From a virus, in UHGV virus genome UHGV-0207024: a DNA stretch of 29,997 nucleotides; one strand, 5' to 3'. The notes below the pieces were generated by a model that saw nothing but the letters and a program-made list of their open reading frames with translations, searched no databases and was not told where the DNA came from. Below are positions 1-9,018 of the stretch, piece after piece. The translations under genes were made by a program, and so were the position numbers. The number at the start of each line of letters is the position of its first letter. Positions within the stretch are counted from its first letter, which is position 1.

Positions 1-504
1 GTGTGTAACTGCGCCGTGGAAACCGGTCAGTCCGCCTTTTTCGGGGGAATTATGTTTAGCGGAAAGCCGCTGGATTATCAGGATGAGCCGCTGACAAATA
101 ACGGCTTCTGGCCGGATCTGAACCTGAAAGACTTTCAGGCGCAGCGGTCACTGCCGCCAGATATTGACGCGGACACAATCAGCCAGGCGCTGCTTGCAGC
201 TGTAGCGGAGGTCAATGCGGAGCTGGAGAACGTGGAAGCCATCTGGAAAACAAAAGGATATGTGCTGGCTGCGGATGTGCCGGGCGTAAAAATGGGCGGG
301 CTTAACAGTCTGTGCGCCCAGTACATGAAAGCTGTATTTGCCAGGGCAAAAGCGGATCTGCTGGGGGAGTTTGCCACAATCGGGCGGCGTGATTCTCACC
401 CTGGACAGGAAAGCCAGGAAACCCGCGCCGGATTACTTGCTGAGGCTTCAGTGGTGATCCGCCGTATGAAAGGGCTGAAAAGGGCAACGGTGAAAAAAGT
501 ATGA
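1..504 (+). CDS. L: head completion/stabilisation protein (P2 gpL-like); start is GTG at position 1 or upstream of the window
   Basis: Translation resembles the P2 gpL pattern (FWPDLNLKDF ... AVAEVNAELENV versus P2 FFFPDIDPKRV ... MAETNAELYEY). It lies just downstream of M if the window is circular, and its stop overlaps the next gene (ATGA). Confidence 0.75.
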   Translation: MCNCAVETGQSAFFGGIMFSGKPLDYQDEPLTNNGFWPDLNLKDFQAQRSLPPDIDADTISQALLAAVAEVNAELENVEAIWKTKGYVLAADVPGVKMGGLNSLCAQYMKAVFARAKADLLGEFATIGRRDSHPGQESQETRAGLLAEASVVIRRMKGLKRATVKKV

Positions 505-1007
505 GCCAGACGCAGATTCAAAGCCTGACCGAATTTTTTAAAGAGAACGTCCCGCCCCGCGCGATGCAGTCGTTTGACAGCGTGCTGGATGAGATGAAGT
601 TCATTCCTGCGGCGAAGGATTACGGGTTGGGACAATACCGCCAGGCTGTGATCCGGTATGACGCGGTGCTGAGCTGGGGGCGTTTCCCTTATCGCCTGTG
701 TCCTCCACAGTTGCTTATGTCCTTACTGGCGGCGTGGCTGGATGATGCGGACAGGGAACTACTGGATGAAGTGGGGCTGAGTGAGGCGGAACCAGACTGG
801 GATGTATCGGTAGAGGATGAGGAAACGGCCACTGTTGTGCTGACCGTGCCGATGGTGGAAGAACTGGTGATCAGGCGGGACGATAACGGGGCTATTCCGT
901 GGCAGGGGGGGCGCTGGTCACTGGTTGAGCCTGAAATCTGGACGGCGCTGACTGCCAGCATTTACAGCGTGGATGAGGCTGGTGCGCCGGTAGGTGAGGG
1001 GGAATGA
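501..1007 (+). CDS. tail completion protein, P2 gpR-like (168 aa)
   Basis: Position after L and before the S-like gene; size close to gpR (155 aa); weak LxAWL motif similarity; ATGA overlap coupling with L. Confidence 0.5.
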   Translation: MSQTQIQSLTEFFKENVPPRAMQSFDSVLDEMKFIPAAKDYGLGQYRQAVIRYDAVLSWGRFPYRLCPPQLLMSLLAAWLDDADRELLDEVGLSEAEPDWDVSVEDEETATVVLTVPMVEELVIRRDDNGAIPWQGGRWSLVEPEIWTALTASIYSVDEAGAPVGEGE

Positions 1008-1711
1008 TTGTCGGTGGCGAGCTGAATAAAAAGCAGCTGGCCGAATTGCGCAAGGCGCTGGCCAGCATGGATCTGCCGCCGAGAAAACGGCAGCGTCTGA
1101 TCTGGCGTCTGGCCAAATATGGCGTGATCGCTGCGGCGAAACGGCATGTGCGCAATCAGGAATCACCGGATGGCCAGAAGTGGCCAGGGCGTAAGACAAA
1201 ACGCAAAGGGAAGATGCTGCGTAACCTGCCAAAGCTGCTGCATATCCGTGAAATGCCAGAAATTCAGGCTGTGCGGATCTATTTGCAGGGTGGTGGCTAC
1301 CGGAACGGGGAAACACCGGTTCCGGCCGGGACAGTCGGTTACGCACAGCAAAACGGAATGCGCGTGACCGTCAGTCGTCGCAATCAGTCACGGAAGGCAG
1401 AGGCCGGGAAAATGGCCACGCCAGCACAGGCCAAAAAACTGAGGGCGCTGGGCTATCGGGTACGTACTGGCAAGCGCTGGAAAAAGCCCACACTGGGTGA
1501 GATTACGCAGACGATGCCTTACAACCAGGCGGGGCTGTTGATTCGGAAGTTAAGCGGTAAAGCGGTGAAAACCAGCTGGACAGTGGAACTTCCTGCCCGT
1601 GTATTCCTGGGCATGAATGACGATGAATTTGATAAAGCGCTGGCGCGTCAGCTTCAGGCCATTGGCTTTGGCTGGAATGTTAAGGCGCAGGATATTAAGG
1701 GGAAAACATGA
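1004..1711 (+). CDS. phage virion morphogenesis / tail completion protein (P2 gpS / Mu gpG family)
   Basis: N-terminal motif (ELNKKQLAELRKAL ... KRQRLIWRLAKYG) is typical of the gpS/Mu-G virion morphogenesis family; translationally coupled to the neighbouring genes. Confidence 0.65.
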   Translation: MIVGGELNKKQLAELRKALASMDLPPRKRQRLIWRLAKYGVIAAAKRHVRNQESPDGQKWPGRKTKRKGKMLRNLPKLLHIREMPEIQAVRIYLQGGGYRNGETPVPAGTVGYAQQNGMRVTVSRRNQSRKAEAGKMATPAQAKKLRALGYRVRTGKRWKKPTLGEITQTMPYNQAGLLIRKLSGKAVKTSWTVELPARVFLGMNDDEFDKALARQLQAIGFGWNVKAQDIKGKT

Positions 1712-2835
1712 CCTGGCCAAATGTGACAGTGAACCAGGTAAATCAGCTTCTGGGCGAAACCAATGAAGTGGAACGCACGCTGCTGTTTATCGGTACGGGT
1801 ACCAAAAATGTAGGGAAAACGCTGGCGGTGAATGCCCAGAGTGATTTTGATTCACTGCTGGGTGAGGAGGCCAGCCCGCTGAAAAATGATGTTCTGGCTG
1901 CGCTGGCGAATGCTGGCCAGAACTGGTGGGGATTCATTCACGTCCTGTCAGCTGAAGCGGAGGAGGATGCCTGGGTTAAAGCGGTTCTGGCCGCGCAGGT
2001 GGTGTGCTCTGTGGAAGGCGTGGTGTTGTCTGATGATGTAGCCACTAAAGCGCAGGTAAATCAGGCCGTGACGTTACGATCCACGCTGATTTCAAAGTAT
2101 GGCCGCTGGGTGTGGTTCATTCTGGCCGCGCAGGGGATGCAGAACGAAGAAGCACAGGCGGATTATCTGGTACGCATGGCCACCCTTCAGGATGGTATTG
2201 CCGAAAAGTCAGTACAGCTGGTTCCGCGTCTGTGGGGGAATGAACCGGGTGTGCTGGCGGGGCGTCTGTGTAGCCGTGCAGTGACTATCGCAGACAGTCC
2301 AGCCCGTGTGAAAACCGGGGCGCTGCTGAACCTGGGCAGTGATGAAATGCCGGTTGATGGTGCCGGAGCTGTGCTGGAACTGGCCACACTTCAGGCACTG
2401 GAAGCGCAGCGCTTTAGTGTGCCGATGTGGTACCCGGACTATGACGGCTTTTATTGGTCTGACGGGCGCACGCTTGATGTGGAAGGGGGTGATTACCAGT
2501 CAATTGAAACCCTGCGTGTTGCCGATAAAGCGGCGCGTCGTGTACGTTTGCTGGCTATCAGCAAAATCGCAGATCGTTCACTGAACAGCACGCCGGGCAG
2601 CATTGCTGCACACCAGACGCTGTTTGCACGTCCGCTGCGTGAAATGTCTACTGCCGCCAGTATTAATGGGGTGTCATTTCCGGGGGAAGTGAAGCCGCCG
2701 CAGGATGGTGATGTGACCATTGTCTGGAAGAACAAAAAGACGGTGGATATTTATCTGGTGGTGCGCACCTGGGAAGTTCCGCTGCAAATCACTATCAGTC
2801 TGTTACTTGATGCCAGTCTGGAGGCCGCTGCATGA
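1708..2835 (+). CDS. putative tail sheath-like protein (375 aa), consistent with the DUF2586-type proteins of P2-like hybrid prophages
   Basis: Position between tail completion genes and the tube-like gene; size near P2 FI (396 aa); no obvious FI sequence identity by eye, so the functional call is positional. Confidence 0.45.
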   Translation: MTWPNVTVNQVNQLLGETNEVERTLLFIGTGTKNVGKTLAVNAQSDFDSLLGEEASPLKNDVLAALANAGQNWWGFIHVLSAEAEEDAWVKAVLAAQVVCSVEGVVLSDDVATKAQVNQAVTLRSTLISKYGRWVWFILAAQGMQNEEAQADYLVRMATLQDGIAEKSVQLVPRLWGNEPGVLAGRLCSRAVTIADSPARVKTGALLNLGSDEMPVDGAGAVLELATLQALEAQRFSVPMWYPDYDGFYWSDGRTLDVEGGDYQSIETLRVADKAARRVRLLAISKIADRSLNSTPGSIAAHQTLFARPLREMSTAASINGVSFPGEVKPPQDGDVTIVWKNKKTVDIYLVVRTWEVPLQITISLLLDASLEAAA

Positions 2836-3287
2836 GTAAACGTATTTCGGGCATGTCCTTTGATACCTACCTTGACGGTGATCTGATCCATATCGAGAAA
2901 ATCACACTTGATATCACGGATAACAGCACCGCCGCCCAGACCCGTGGTGTGCCGGATGGTCATGTTGATGGTGATGTGGCCGCAGAGGGAGAAATTGAGG
3001 TCAGTTCAAAGGTGCTGGGCGTACTGACGGCTAAAGCCCGCGCCGCAGGTTCGTGGCGTGGTATTGAACCACTGGATTTTCTTTTCTATGCCAAAGCGGG
3101 CAGCGAGGAAATGAAAGTGGAATCGTTCGGCAACAAACTCCAGCTAAGTAATCTTCTGGATATTGATCCGAAGGGTGGCGGTGTGGCGACGCACAAAATC
3201 AAATATTTTGTGACCAGCCCCAAGTTCGTGAGCATCAACGGCGTGCCGTATCTGGAAGCGGAAGCCACGGAAAATCTGATCGGATAA
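2832..3287 (+). CDS. putative tail tube protein (151 aa, DUF2597-like)
   Basis: Small acidic beta-rich protein directly after the sheath-like gene and upstream of the chaperone and tape measure; ATGA coupling. Confidence 0.45.
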   Translation: MSKRISGMSFDTYLDGDLIHIEKITLDITDNSTAAQTRGVPDGHVDGDVAAEGEIEVSSKVLGVLTAKARAAGSWRGIEPLDFLFYAKAGSEEMKVESFGNKLQLSNLLDIDPKGGGVATHKIKYFVTSPKFVSINGVPYLEAEATENLIG

Positions 3288-3297
3288 GGAAGCCATA

Positions 3298-3594
3298 ATG
3301 CAGGAGTATGAAAAGGGGTTCATTGCACTGGTAGTCATGGGGGCGGTGATTGCACTGGGTAAGTTGCTCAATAGTGACGAGCCGATCACTTTTCGCCTGG
3401 TTGCCGGGCGCGTTATTGTCGGCAGCGGGTTGACGTTGATCGCCGGGGTAGCGTTGTATTTTGTCCCGGATATCCATCCTCTGGCAATTGCCGGTTTTGG
3501 TTCTGCTTTGGGTATTCTCGGCCAGAACGTGGTTGAGGCATGGCTGCGCAAGCGTGGTTTTTCAGGGATTTTTGATAAAGGGGCAGGAAGATGA
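3298..3594 (+). CDS. holin (98 aa, three predicted TM helices)
   Basis: Three hydrophobic segments (FIALVVMGAVIALGKLL; FRLVAGRVIVGSGLTLIAGVALYFV; LAIAGFGSALGILG) and a charged C-terminus; sits immediately upstream of the endolysin with ATGA overlap. Confidence 0.7.
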   Translation: MQEYEKGFIALVVMGAVIALGKLLNSDEPITFRLVAGRVIVGSGLTLIAGVALYFVPDIHPLAIAGFGSALGILGQNVVEAWLRKRGFSGIFDKGAGR

Positions 3595-3932
3595 CACTAA
3601 GTGAAAAACAACAACGTTTTACGTCGATGATTGCGTTGTTAATTCAGTATGCAAATGCGAATGGCATGTGGTTGACGTTTGGTGAGGCGTACCGCACACC
3701 AGAACAGGCTGCGCTGAATGCGAAGAAAGGCAGCGGTATTTCAAACAGTCTGCACACCCTGCGTCTGGCTGTAGATTTTAATCTGTTCGTTAAAGGGGAA
3801 TACAAAACCCGTACTGAAGATTATCTGCCGCTGGGGGAATACTGGGAATCTTTAGGCGGCAGCTGGGGCGGGCGCTTCAAATCAAGGCCGGATGGAAATC
3901 ATTTCAGCCTGGAACATAACGGGGTGCGCTGA
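3591..3932 (+). CDS. endolysin, peptidase M15 (L-alanyl-D-glutamate / VanY-like zinc peptidase fold)
   Basis: Motifs SNSLHTLRLAVDF and DGNHFSLEH match the M15 family zinc ligand pattern (H..D ... H); lies between the holin and the spanins. Confidence 0.8.
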   Translation: MTLSEKQQRFTSMIALLIQYANANGMWLTFGEAYRTPEQAALNAKKGSGISNSLHTLRLAVDFNLFVKGEYKTRTEDYLPLGEYWESLGGSWGGRFKSRPDGNHFSLEHNGVR

Positions 3933-4270
3933 TGAGCAGCGGGCAGTGGCTGGTTTTGGTGGCGCTGGCGTTTGTCTGGGGCTGGCTGACTGCGGACTGG
4001 CGGCGCGACAGTCTGGAGCTGGCAATCAACACGGCTGCACAGGTGGCGGGCGATAAATCGCGGAAGGTGATGCAGGATGTTGCCAGTGATTCCGCCAGAA
4101 CGCTGGAAGATAAACTGGAGGCGTTGAAAGATGCGCAACCGCGCGAAATTCGCACTGAGGTGCTTAAGCCTGTTTTTACCAATGTTTGTCTGTCTGATGA
4201 GTTTGTCAGCATGTACAACAGCGCCGCAGCCAGTACCGAACGTGCGCTATCAGGAAAACCTGAAAACTAA
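3932..4270 (+). CDS. i-spanin (Rz-like, N-terminal TM, coiled-coil periplasmic domain)
   Basis: N-terminal TM (WLVLVALAFVWGWL) followed by a charged helical region; the o-spanin gene starts inside it in another frame. Confidence 0.65.
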   Translation: MSSGQWLVLVALAFVWGWLTADWRRDSLELAINTAAQVAGDKSRKVMQDVASDSARTLEDKLEALKDAQPREIRTEVLKPVFTNVCLSDEFVSMYNSAAASTERALSGKPEN

Positions 4271-4430
4271 ATGTGCCACGCAGCTACCACGCCTGAATGG
4301 TGCAACAGGTAAAGACGCAGCAGAATTACTGACGATTTATCTTGAAATTTATGGCCAGTGTGCCGCGCGTCATAATCAGTTAGTAGACGAAATTAATTTA
4401 AGAGAGAATATTAACTATGGAAAAAATTAA
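4131..4430 (+). CDS. o-spanin (Rz1-like outer-membrane lipoprotein), overlapped architecture
   Basis: Lipoprotein signal with lipobox LSAC (MRNRAKFALRCLSLFLPMFVCLMSLSAC), Pro-rich mature region, internal Cys residues; starts within the i-spanin gene in a different frame and extends beyond it. Confidence 0.7.
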   Translation: MRNRAKFALRCLSLFLPMFVCLMSLSACTTAPQPVPNVRYQENLKTKCATQLPRLNGATGKDAAELLTIYLEIYGQCAARHNQLVDEINLRENINYGKN

Positions 4431-4674
4431 ATTGTGTGTTTGTGGTGTGGATATTATTTTTGAACCGAACCAGACCGCATACAATAAATTTATTAATGAA
4501 ATGGCAATGGATAATAAAATTGCCCCTGCGCATAATTATCTGACGCGTATTGTTTCGACTGAAAGTAAAGATGCGCTTACGGAAGTATTGAAACGACCGG
4601 GCGCCGCACTTCAACTGGTCAGTAAAGTAAATGATATTTACGCGCCAGAACTGGAGATTGAAGTAAAAAACTGA
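4417..4674 (+). CDS. tail assembly chaperone (lambda G / P2 E-like), short form
   Basis: 85-aa acidic protein directly upstream of the tape measure; ends at a slippery A_AAA_AAC heptamer. Confidence 0.7.
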   Translation: MEKIKLCVCGVDIIFEPNQTAYNKFINEMAMDNKIAPAHNYLTRIVSTESKDALTEVLKRPGAALQLVSKVNDIYAPELEIEVKN

Positions 4675-4865
4675 CAAAGCGAGTCCATGACATTGAACGA
4701 AATGGACTCGAACAGTATTTAATTCTCCGTCGTCATTATTTGCCACATGGTCAGGATTCCATTGACGATATTGCCGCAGCTATATGGCTGGATAACCGTC
4801 ACTGGGAATATACGGGAATAGCCGTGGCTAATGGCGTGGCTAAAGCATTTAAAGGCACTGAATGA
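4417..4865 (+). CDS. tail assembly chaperone, -1 frameshift fusion product (G-T / E+E' analogue); slip at A_AAA_AAC 4665-4671
   Basis: The -1 frame (codons at positions divisible by 3) is open from 4662 to TGA 4863-4865, giving ...EIEVKK-LTKRVHDIERNGLEQYLILRRHYL...KAFKGTE, and ends overlapping the tape-measure ATG. This is the conserved frameshift arrangement upstream of tape measure genes. Confidence 0.55.
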
Positions 4866-6922
4866 AGCAATTAGATTTTACATTAAGCCTGATTGATAAA
4901 TTGTCCCGCCCGTTAAAACAGGCGCAGGGTAACGTAACGGGCTTTGCTGAAAAATCAAAAGCAGCCTTTATGCAGATTGGCGGCGGCGTTCTGGCGCTGG
5001 CGGGTACAGGTATGGCCATTAAAGGTGCGCTGATGCCCGCTATTGAAATGTATGACGCGCTGAATGATGCGGCTGCAAAAGGGATTGATGATTCTGCGCT
5101 TAAAACCGTTCAGCGTGATGCGCTGCGCTTCAGTACAACATACGGTGCCAGCTCGGTGGAGTTTGTTAAGTCCACTGAAAATATTAACGCTTCTATTGCC
5201 GGACTGACGGGCAATGAGCTGCCGAAAGTGACGAAAGTCGCCAATATTCTGGCTTTTGCGCTGAAGTCTACCGCTGCGGATACAGCGGAGTTTATGGGGC
5301 AAATGTTCGGTAACTTTTCCGCCGATGCCCAAAGGCTGGGCAAGGTTGAATTTGCTGAACAACTGGCCGGGAAAATGGTGTACATGCGTAAAACCTTTGG
5401 CACAGAAATGGCCACTATCAAAGACTTGATGGAAGGTGCACGCGGAGTCGGGACTAACTACGGCGTGGGGCTGGATGAACAGCTGGCCGTACTGGGTCAG
5501 TTAAACCGTACGCTGGGTACGGAGGCAAGTAGCGCTTACGAGGGCTTTATGACAGGCGCTATTGACGGGGCTAAAAAGTTGGGGCTGTCCTTCACTGACT
5601 CAACCGGAAAAATGCTCTCGATGCCGGAAATGCTGATCAAGTTGCAGGGCAAATACGGGAAAAGCCTGGAAGGGAACCTGAAAGCACAGGCGGAGCTTGA
5701 TGCGGCATTTGGTGACAGTTCGGCCGTGGTGAAGCACCTTTACGGCAATGTAGCGTTGCTACAGCGGAATATCACAGAGCTGGGAGGGGCGGACGGGCTG
5801 AAGCGTACCCAGGAAATGGCGCAGAAAATGGTTAAGCCGTGGGATCGCTTTGTCGAAATTCTTAAAGCCATCCAGACCGTCATTGGACTGACGCTGATCC
5901 CGGTGCTGTATCCGTTGCTCAACCGCCTGGCGGATATGGGACAGACTTTTGCCCGCTGGATGCAACTGTTTCCCAACATTGCGCGTGTCGTTGGTTATGC
6001 AGCAATGGCCTTACTCAGCTTTGCCGCAGTGGGGGCTGTGGCAAATATCGTGATGGGTGTATCCAAATTTATCATGATGGGTTTACGTGGGATCTGGTCT
6101 GCGCTGACGGCTGTTACGAAGGTATATACCGCCACGGTATGGCTGGCTAATATGGCCGTGATTGCCTGGAACGCTACGCTGAAATTTCTGCGCGGTGCGT
6201 TACTGGCGGTTCGTATGGCGGCAATGATGGCCGGGATTGGTATCAATCTGATGAGCTGGCCGATTCTGCTTGTGATTGGTGCGATAGCCCTGCTTGCTGC
6301 CGGTTGTTATCTGCTGATTAAGCACTGGGATACGGTTAAAGCCGCAGTGATGAATACTGAAGCATTTCAGGCATGTGCGGCGGTTGTTGAGTGGCTTGCC
6401 GGGGTGTTTGCTTCAGCCTGGCAGTTTATCAGTGAGGGCTGGAATAGTTTTATTTCATTGCTGACCAGCTTTTCTCCTTCTCTGGCATTAAGTGGGCTGG
6501 CCACGGGTATCGTGTCGCTGTTTGATAATGTCTGGCTATCCGTTAAAAACGGTTTTTTGAAATCATGGAGCTGGATTGTTAATAAGTTAAATAACATTCC
6601 GGGGGTTAATATTGAACTGGCGGGCGCAGCTTCATCCGATATCGCTAAAAATGAATCAGCAGTATTTCCGGTGCCGGAGTTGAAACAATCAACGAAAGCT
6701 GAAAGCGCACTTACTGCGCTGACGCAAAATAATTACGTATCAAACCAGCTTTCAACAGGGGGAGAATTAAAAGGCATTGAGAAGGGCGGGATTACAAAAA
6801 CAATCAACAGTAATACTAAGCCCGTAACTGACAATAGCAAGAAAATTGATACGGTAAACATTTTTCCGAAAGAAATGGTAACTCCTGGTCAGTTAATGGA
6901 GTTTCAGGAGCTGGGCGCATGA
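4862..6922 (+). CDS. tail tape measure protein (686 aa)
   Basis: Long alpha-helical N-terminal half, multiple hydrophobic/TM segments in the middle (residues about 370-480), Gly/Ala-rich; canonical position after the chaperone and its frameshift extension. Confidence 0.9.
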   Translation: MKQLDFTLSLIDKLSRPLKQAQGNVTGFAEKSKAAFMQIGGGVLALAGTGMAIKGALMPAIEMYDALNDAAAKGIDDSALKTVQRDALRFSTTYGASSVEFVKSTENINASIAGLTGNELPKVTKVANILAFALKSTAADTAEFMGQMFGNFSADAQRLGKVEFAEQLAGKMVYMRKTFGTEMATIKDLMEGARGVGTNYGVGLDEQLAVLGQLNRTLGTEASSAYEGFMTGAIDGAKKLGLSFTDSTGKMLSMPEMLIKLQGKYGKSLEGNLKAQAELDAAFGDSSAVVKHLYGNVALLQRNITELGGADGLKRTQEMAQKMVKPWDRFVEILKAIQTVIGLTLIPVLYPLLNRLADMGQTFARWMQLFPNIARVVGYAAMALLSFAAVGAVANIVMGVSKFIMMGLRGIWSALTAVTKVYTATVWLANMAVIAWNATLKFLRGALLAVRMAAMMAGIGINLMSWPILLVIGAIALLAAGCYLLIKHWDTVKAAVMNTEAFQACAAVVEWLAGVFASAWQFISEGWNSFISLLTSFSPSLALSGLATGIVSLFDNVWLSVKNGFLKSWSWIVNKLNNIPGVNIELAGAASSDIAKNESAVFPVPELKQSTKAESALTALTQNNYVSNQLSTGGELKGIEKGGITKTINSNTKPVTDNSKKIDTVNIFPKEMVTPGQLMEFQELGA

Positions 6923-7248
6923 GTGAGAGTCTCTATATTGATTTACTTATTCAGGATGGCGATTTTGTTCTGAATACTGGCCGCGAACCTGAATTGTGTA
7001 ATAACCGCCAAAGTATAGGGCAGGATATTATTCATTCTATTCTCGAAAGTGGGTTAGCAACGGAGCTAATTGCTGAACGTAGTCCAACCATGCGGGCTGA
7101 TATCTTTACCCGCATGGAATTACTGATTGAAGATGATGAACGTATTGTACCGGGAACGGTGGAAATCAGTGAGGAAAGTCAGAAGCGGTTATGGATCACT
7201 GCCAGCACATATGACTTTGGCGGAATTTCTGCGCAGGTGGATTTATGA
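6919..7248 (+). CDS. baseplate wedge protein, gp25 / P2 gpW-like (109 aa; DUF2590-like)
   Basis: Size and position (after tape measure, before J); motif RQSIGQDIIHSI resembles gpW SQSIGDILRT. Confidence 0.45.
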   Translation: MSESLYIDLLIQDGDFVLNTGREPELCNNRQSIGQDIIHSILESGLATELIAERSPTMRADIFTRMELLIEDDERIVPGTVEISEESQKRLWITASTYDFGGISAQVDL

Positions 7249-8429
7249 CGGAAAAACCACAGGTTGATTTTGAAGAGGTGGTGAAAGCCAGTGGAATGCC
7301 GGTGACGGAATCTGAGGTGCGAGACCGATTTAATGCGATTGCAGATGATGAGGGCATGATCACCAATACTTCAAAAATGTCACCGTTCTGGAAGTTGATT
7401 ACAGCCATTGTGGTTGCACCGGTGATGTGGCTGAAGGACGTCATAGTATCCACTGTACTGGCAAATATGTTTGTGGCCACTGCCAGTGGGAGTATGTTGC
7501 GGCTGCTTGCCTGGGCTGTGAACGTTACGCCGAAACCTGCCAGCGCTGCGCAGGGTGTGATCCGGTTCTTTAAAGAAGATGCAAAAGCTGTGGTGACGGT
7601 GAAGGCCGGGACGCTTATTCAGACAGAACGCATCAACGGAAAAGTTTATGGAGTGGCCACAACACAGGATGTGGTTATTCCTTCAGGGACGGCCAGTGCG
7701 CTACTGCCGGTAAAGGCGACGGGAACGGGAGGCGCTTATAATCTTGCGCCGGGATATTACCGCATTCTGCCAGTTGCCGTTGATGGTATCAGCCACGCCG
7801 CCAGTGAAGAGGACTGGCTGACTGTACCGGGGGCGGATGAGGAAAGTGATGATGAATTGCGTGAACGCTGCCGGAATCAGTTCAACCTTGTGGGGAATTA
7901 CCATACTGATGCTGTATACCGGTCAATGATTGCCGGGGTTGCCGGGCTGAGTATTGATCGGATTTTCTTCGAGCATGAAGCTCCGAGGGGGCCGGGAACC
8001 GCCAATGCGTATCTGCTGCTTGATAGCGGGGTGGCATCCGCGCCGTTCGTTGATGCCGTCAATGACTATATCAATAGCCAGGGTCATCACGGTCACGGTG
8101 ACGATATGCAGTGTTACGCAATGCCGGAAACGCTTCACGATCTGTCTGTCACTGTTTACGTCAAAAACCTGAGCAATTTAAGCGATGACGAAATAAAAAC
8201 GCTGAAGGATGGCGTTGAAAACATGATTCGCTGCGCATTTCGTGAAAATGCTGATTTCGACGTCAGAAAGACGTGGCCGTATTCGCGTTTTTCATTTTCC
8301 CAGCTTGGGCGGGAGATTCACAAAACATTTTCGCTGACGGAATCACTGACGTTTTCTCTGGGTGACATTACCAGTGATCTGAGTGTTCCGCGTCTGAAAT
8401 CACTGGTTGTGAGCATAGAAAATGAATGA
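7245..8429 (+). CDS. J: baseplate J-like protein (P2 gpJ / Mu gp47 family)
   Basis: 394-aa protein upstream of the gpI-like gene; typical size and position; ATGA/overlap coupling on both sides. Confidence 0.75.
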   Translation: MTEKPQVDFEEVVKASGMPVTESEVRDRFNAIADDEGMITNTSKMSPFWKLITAIVVAPVMWLKDVIVSTVLANMFVATASGSMLRLLAWAVNVTPKPASAAQGVIRFFKEDAKAVVTVKAGTLIQTERINGKVYGVATTQDVVIPSGTASALLPVKATGTGGAYNLAPGYYRILPVAVDGISHAASEEDWLTVPGADEESDDELRERCRNQFNLVGNYHTDAVYRSMIAGVAGLSIDRIFFEHEAPRGPGTANAYLLLDSGVASAPFVDAVNDYINSQGHHGHGDDMQCYAMPETLHDLSVTVYVKNLSNLSDDEIKTLKDGVENMIRCAFRENADFDVRKTWPYSRFSFSQLGREIHKTFSLTESLTFSLGDITSDLSVPRLKSLVVSIENE

Positions 8430-9009
8430 GTTCCTGAAAAAGCTGGCGGGGATGGTGCTTCCGTCATGGATGAATAAAGGTGAACCCGCAAAGCTGCTTA
8501 AAGTTGCTCGCCGGTACTGGACGGAAGTTTACGGCTGGATCACATGGCCGTTGAATCAGTTTGATCCGCTGACGTGTACACCAGCATTACTGAACCTGCT
8601 GGCATATGACCGCGATATAACCCGTTTTGACGGGGAACCGCTGGCGCTGTTTCGTAAGCGCGTGGCGTATGCCTTTGTTAATGCCCGTGATGCCGGTTCT
8701 GTAGAGGGATTCATCAATATTTTTGAGCGTCTGGGGATTGGGTATGTGGAGTTACAGGAACGTCAACCGGATATTGACTGGGACGTGATTCTGGTTCGCG
8801 TCACAGACAGTCAGATAGCGGACAACACGCAACTGCTGATCCAGATTATCCGGCAGTATGGCCGTACATGCCGCCGTTATCAGTTTGAAGTGATTACGTC
8901 TGAAAGCCTGGTTATCAGGGCAGGATGGGATCAGGGGGAATACGTTGTTTATCCGGCACGGCTGGTCGATGCGGAAAACAACGGCGCAACATTCAGCGCG
9001 AGTTTATAG
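8422..9009 (+). CDS. I: phage tail protein I (P2 gpI family)
   Basis: 195 aa; its position between J and the tail fibre gene, and its size, match gpI (176 aa). Confidence 0.75.
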   Translation: MNEFLKKLAGMVLPSWMNKGEPAKLLKVARRYWTEVYGWITWPLNQFDPLTCTPALLNLLAYDRDITRFDGEPLALFRKRVAYAFVNARDAGSVEGFINIFERLGIGYVELQERQPDIDWDVILVRVTDSQIADNTQLLIQIIRQYGRTCRRYQFEVITSESLVIRAGWDQGEYVVYPARLVDAENNGATFSASL

Positions 9010-9018
9010 GGAGTAAGT

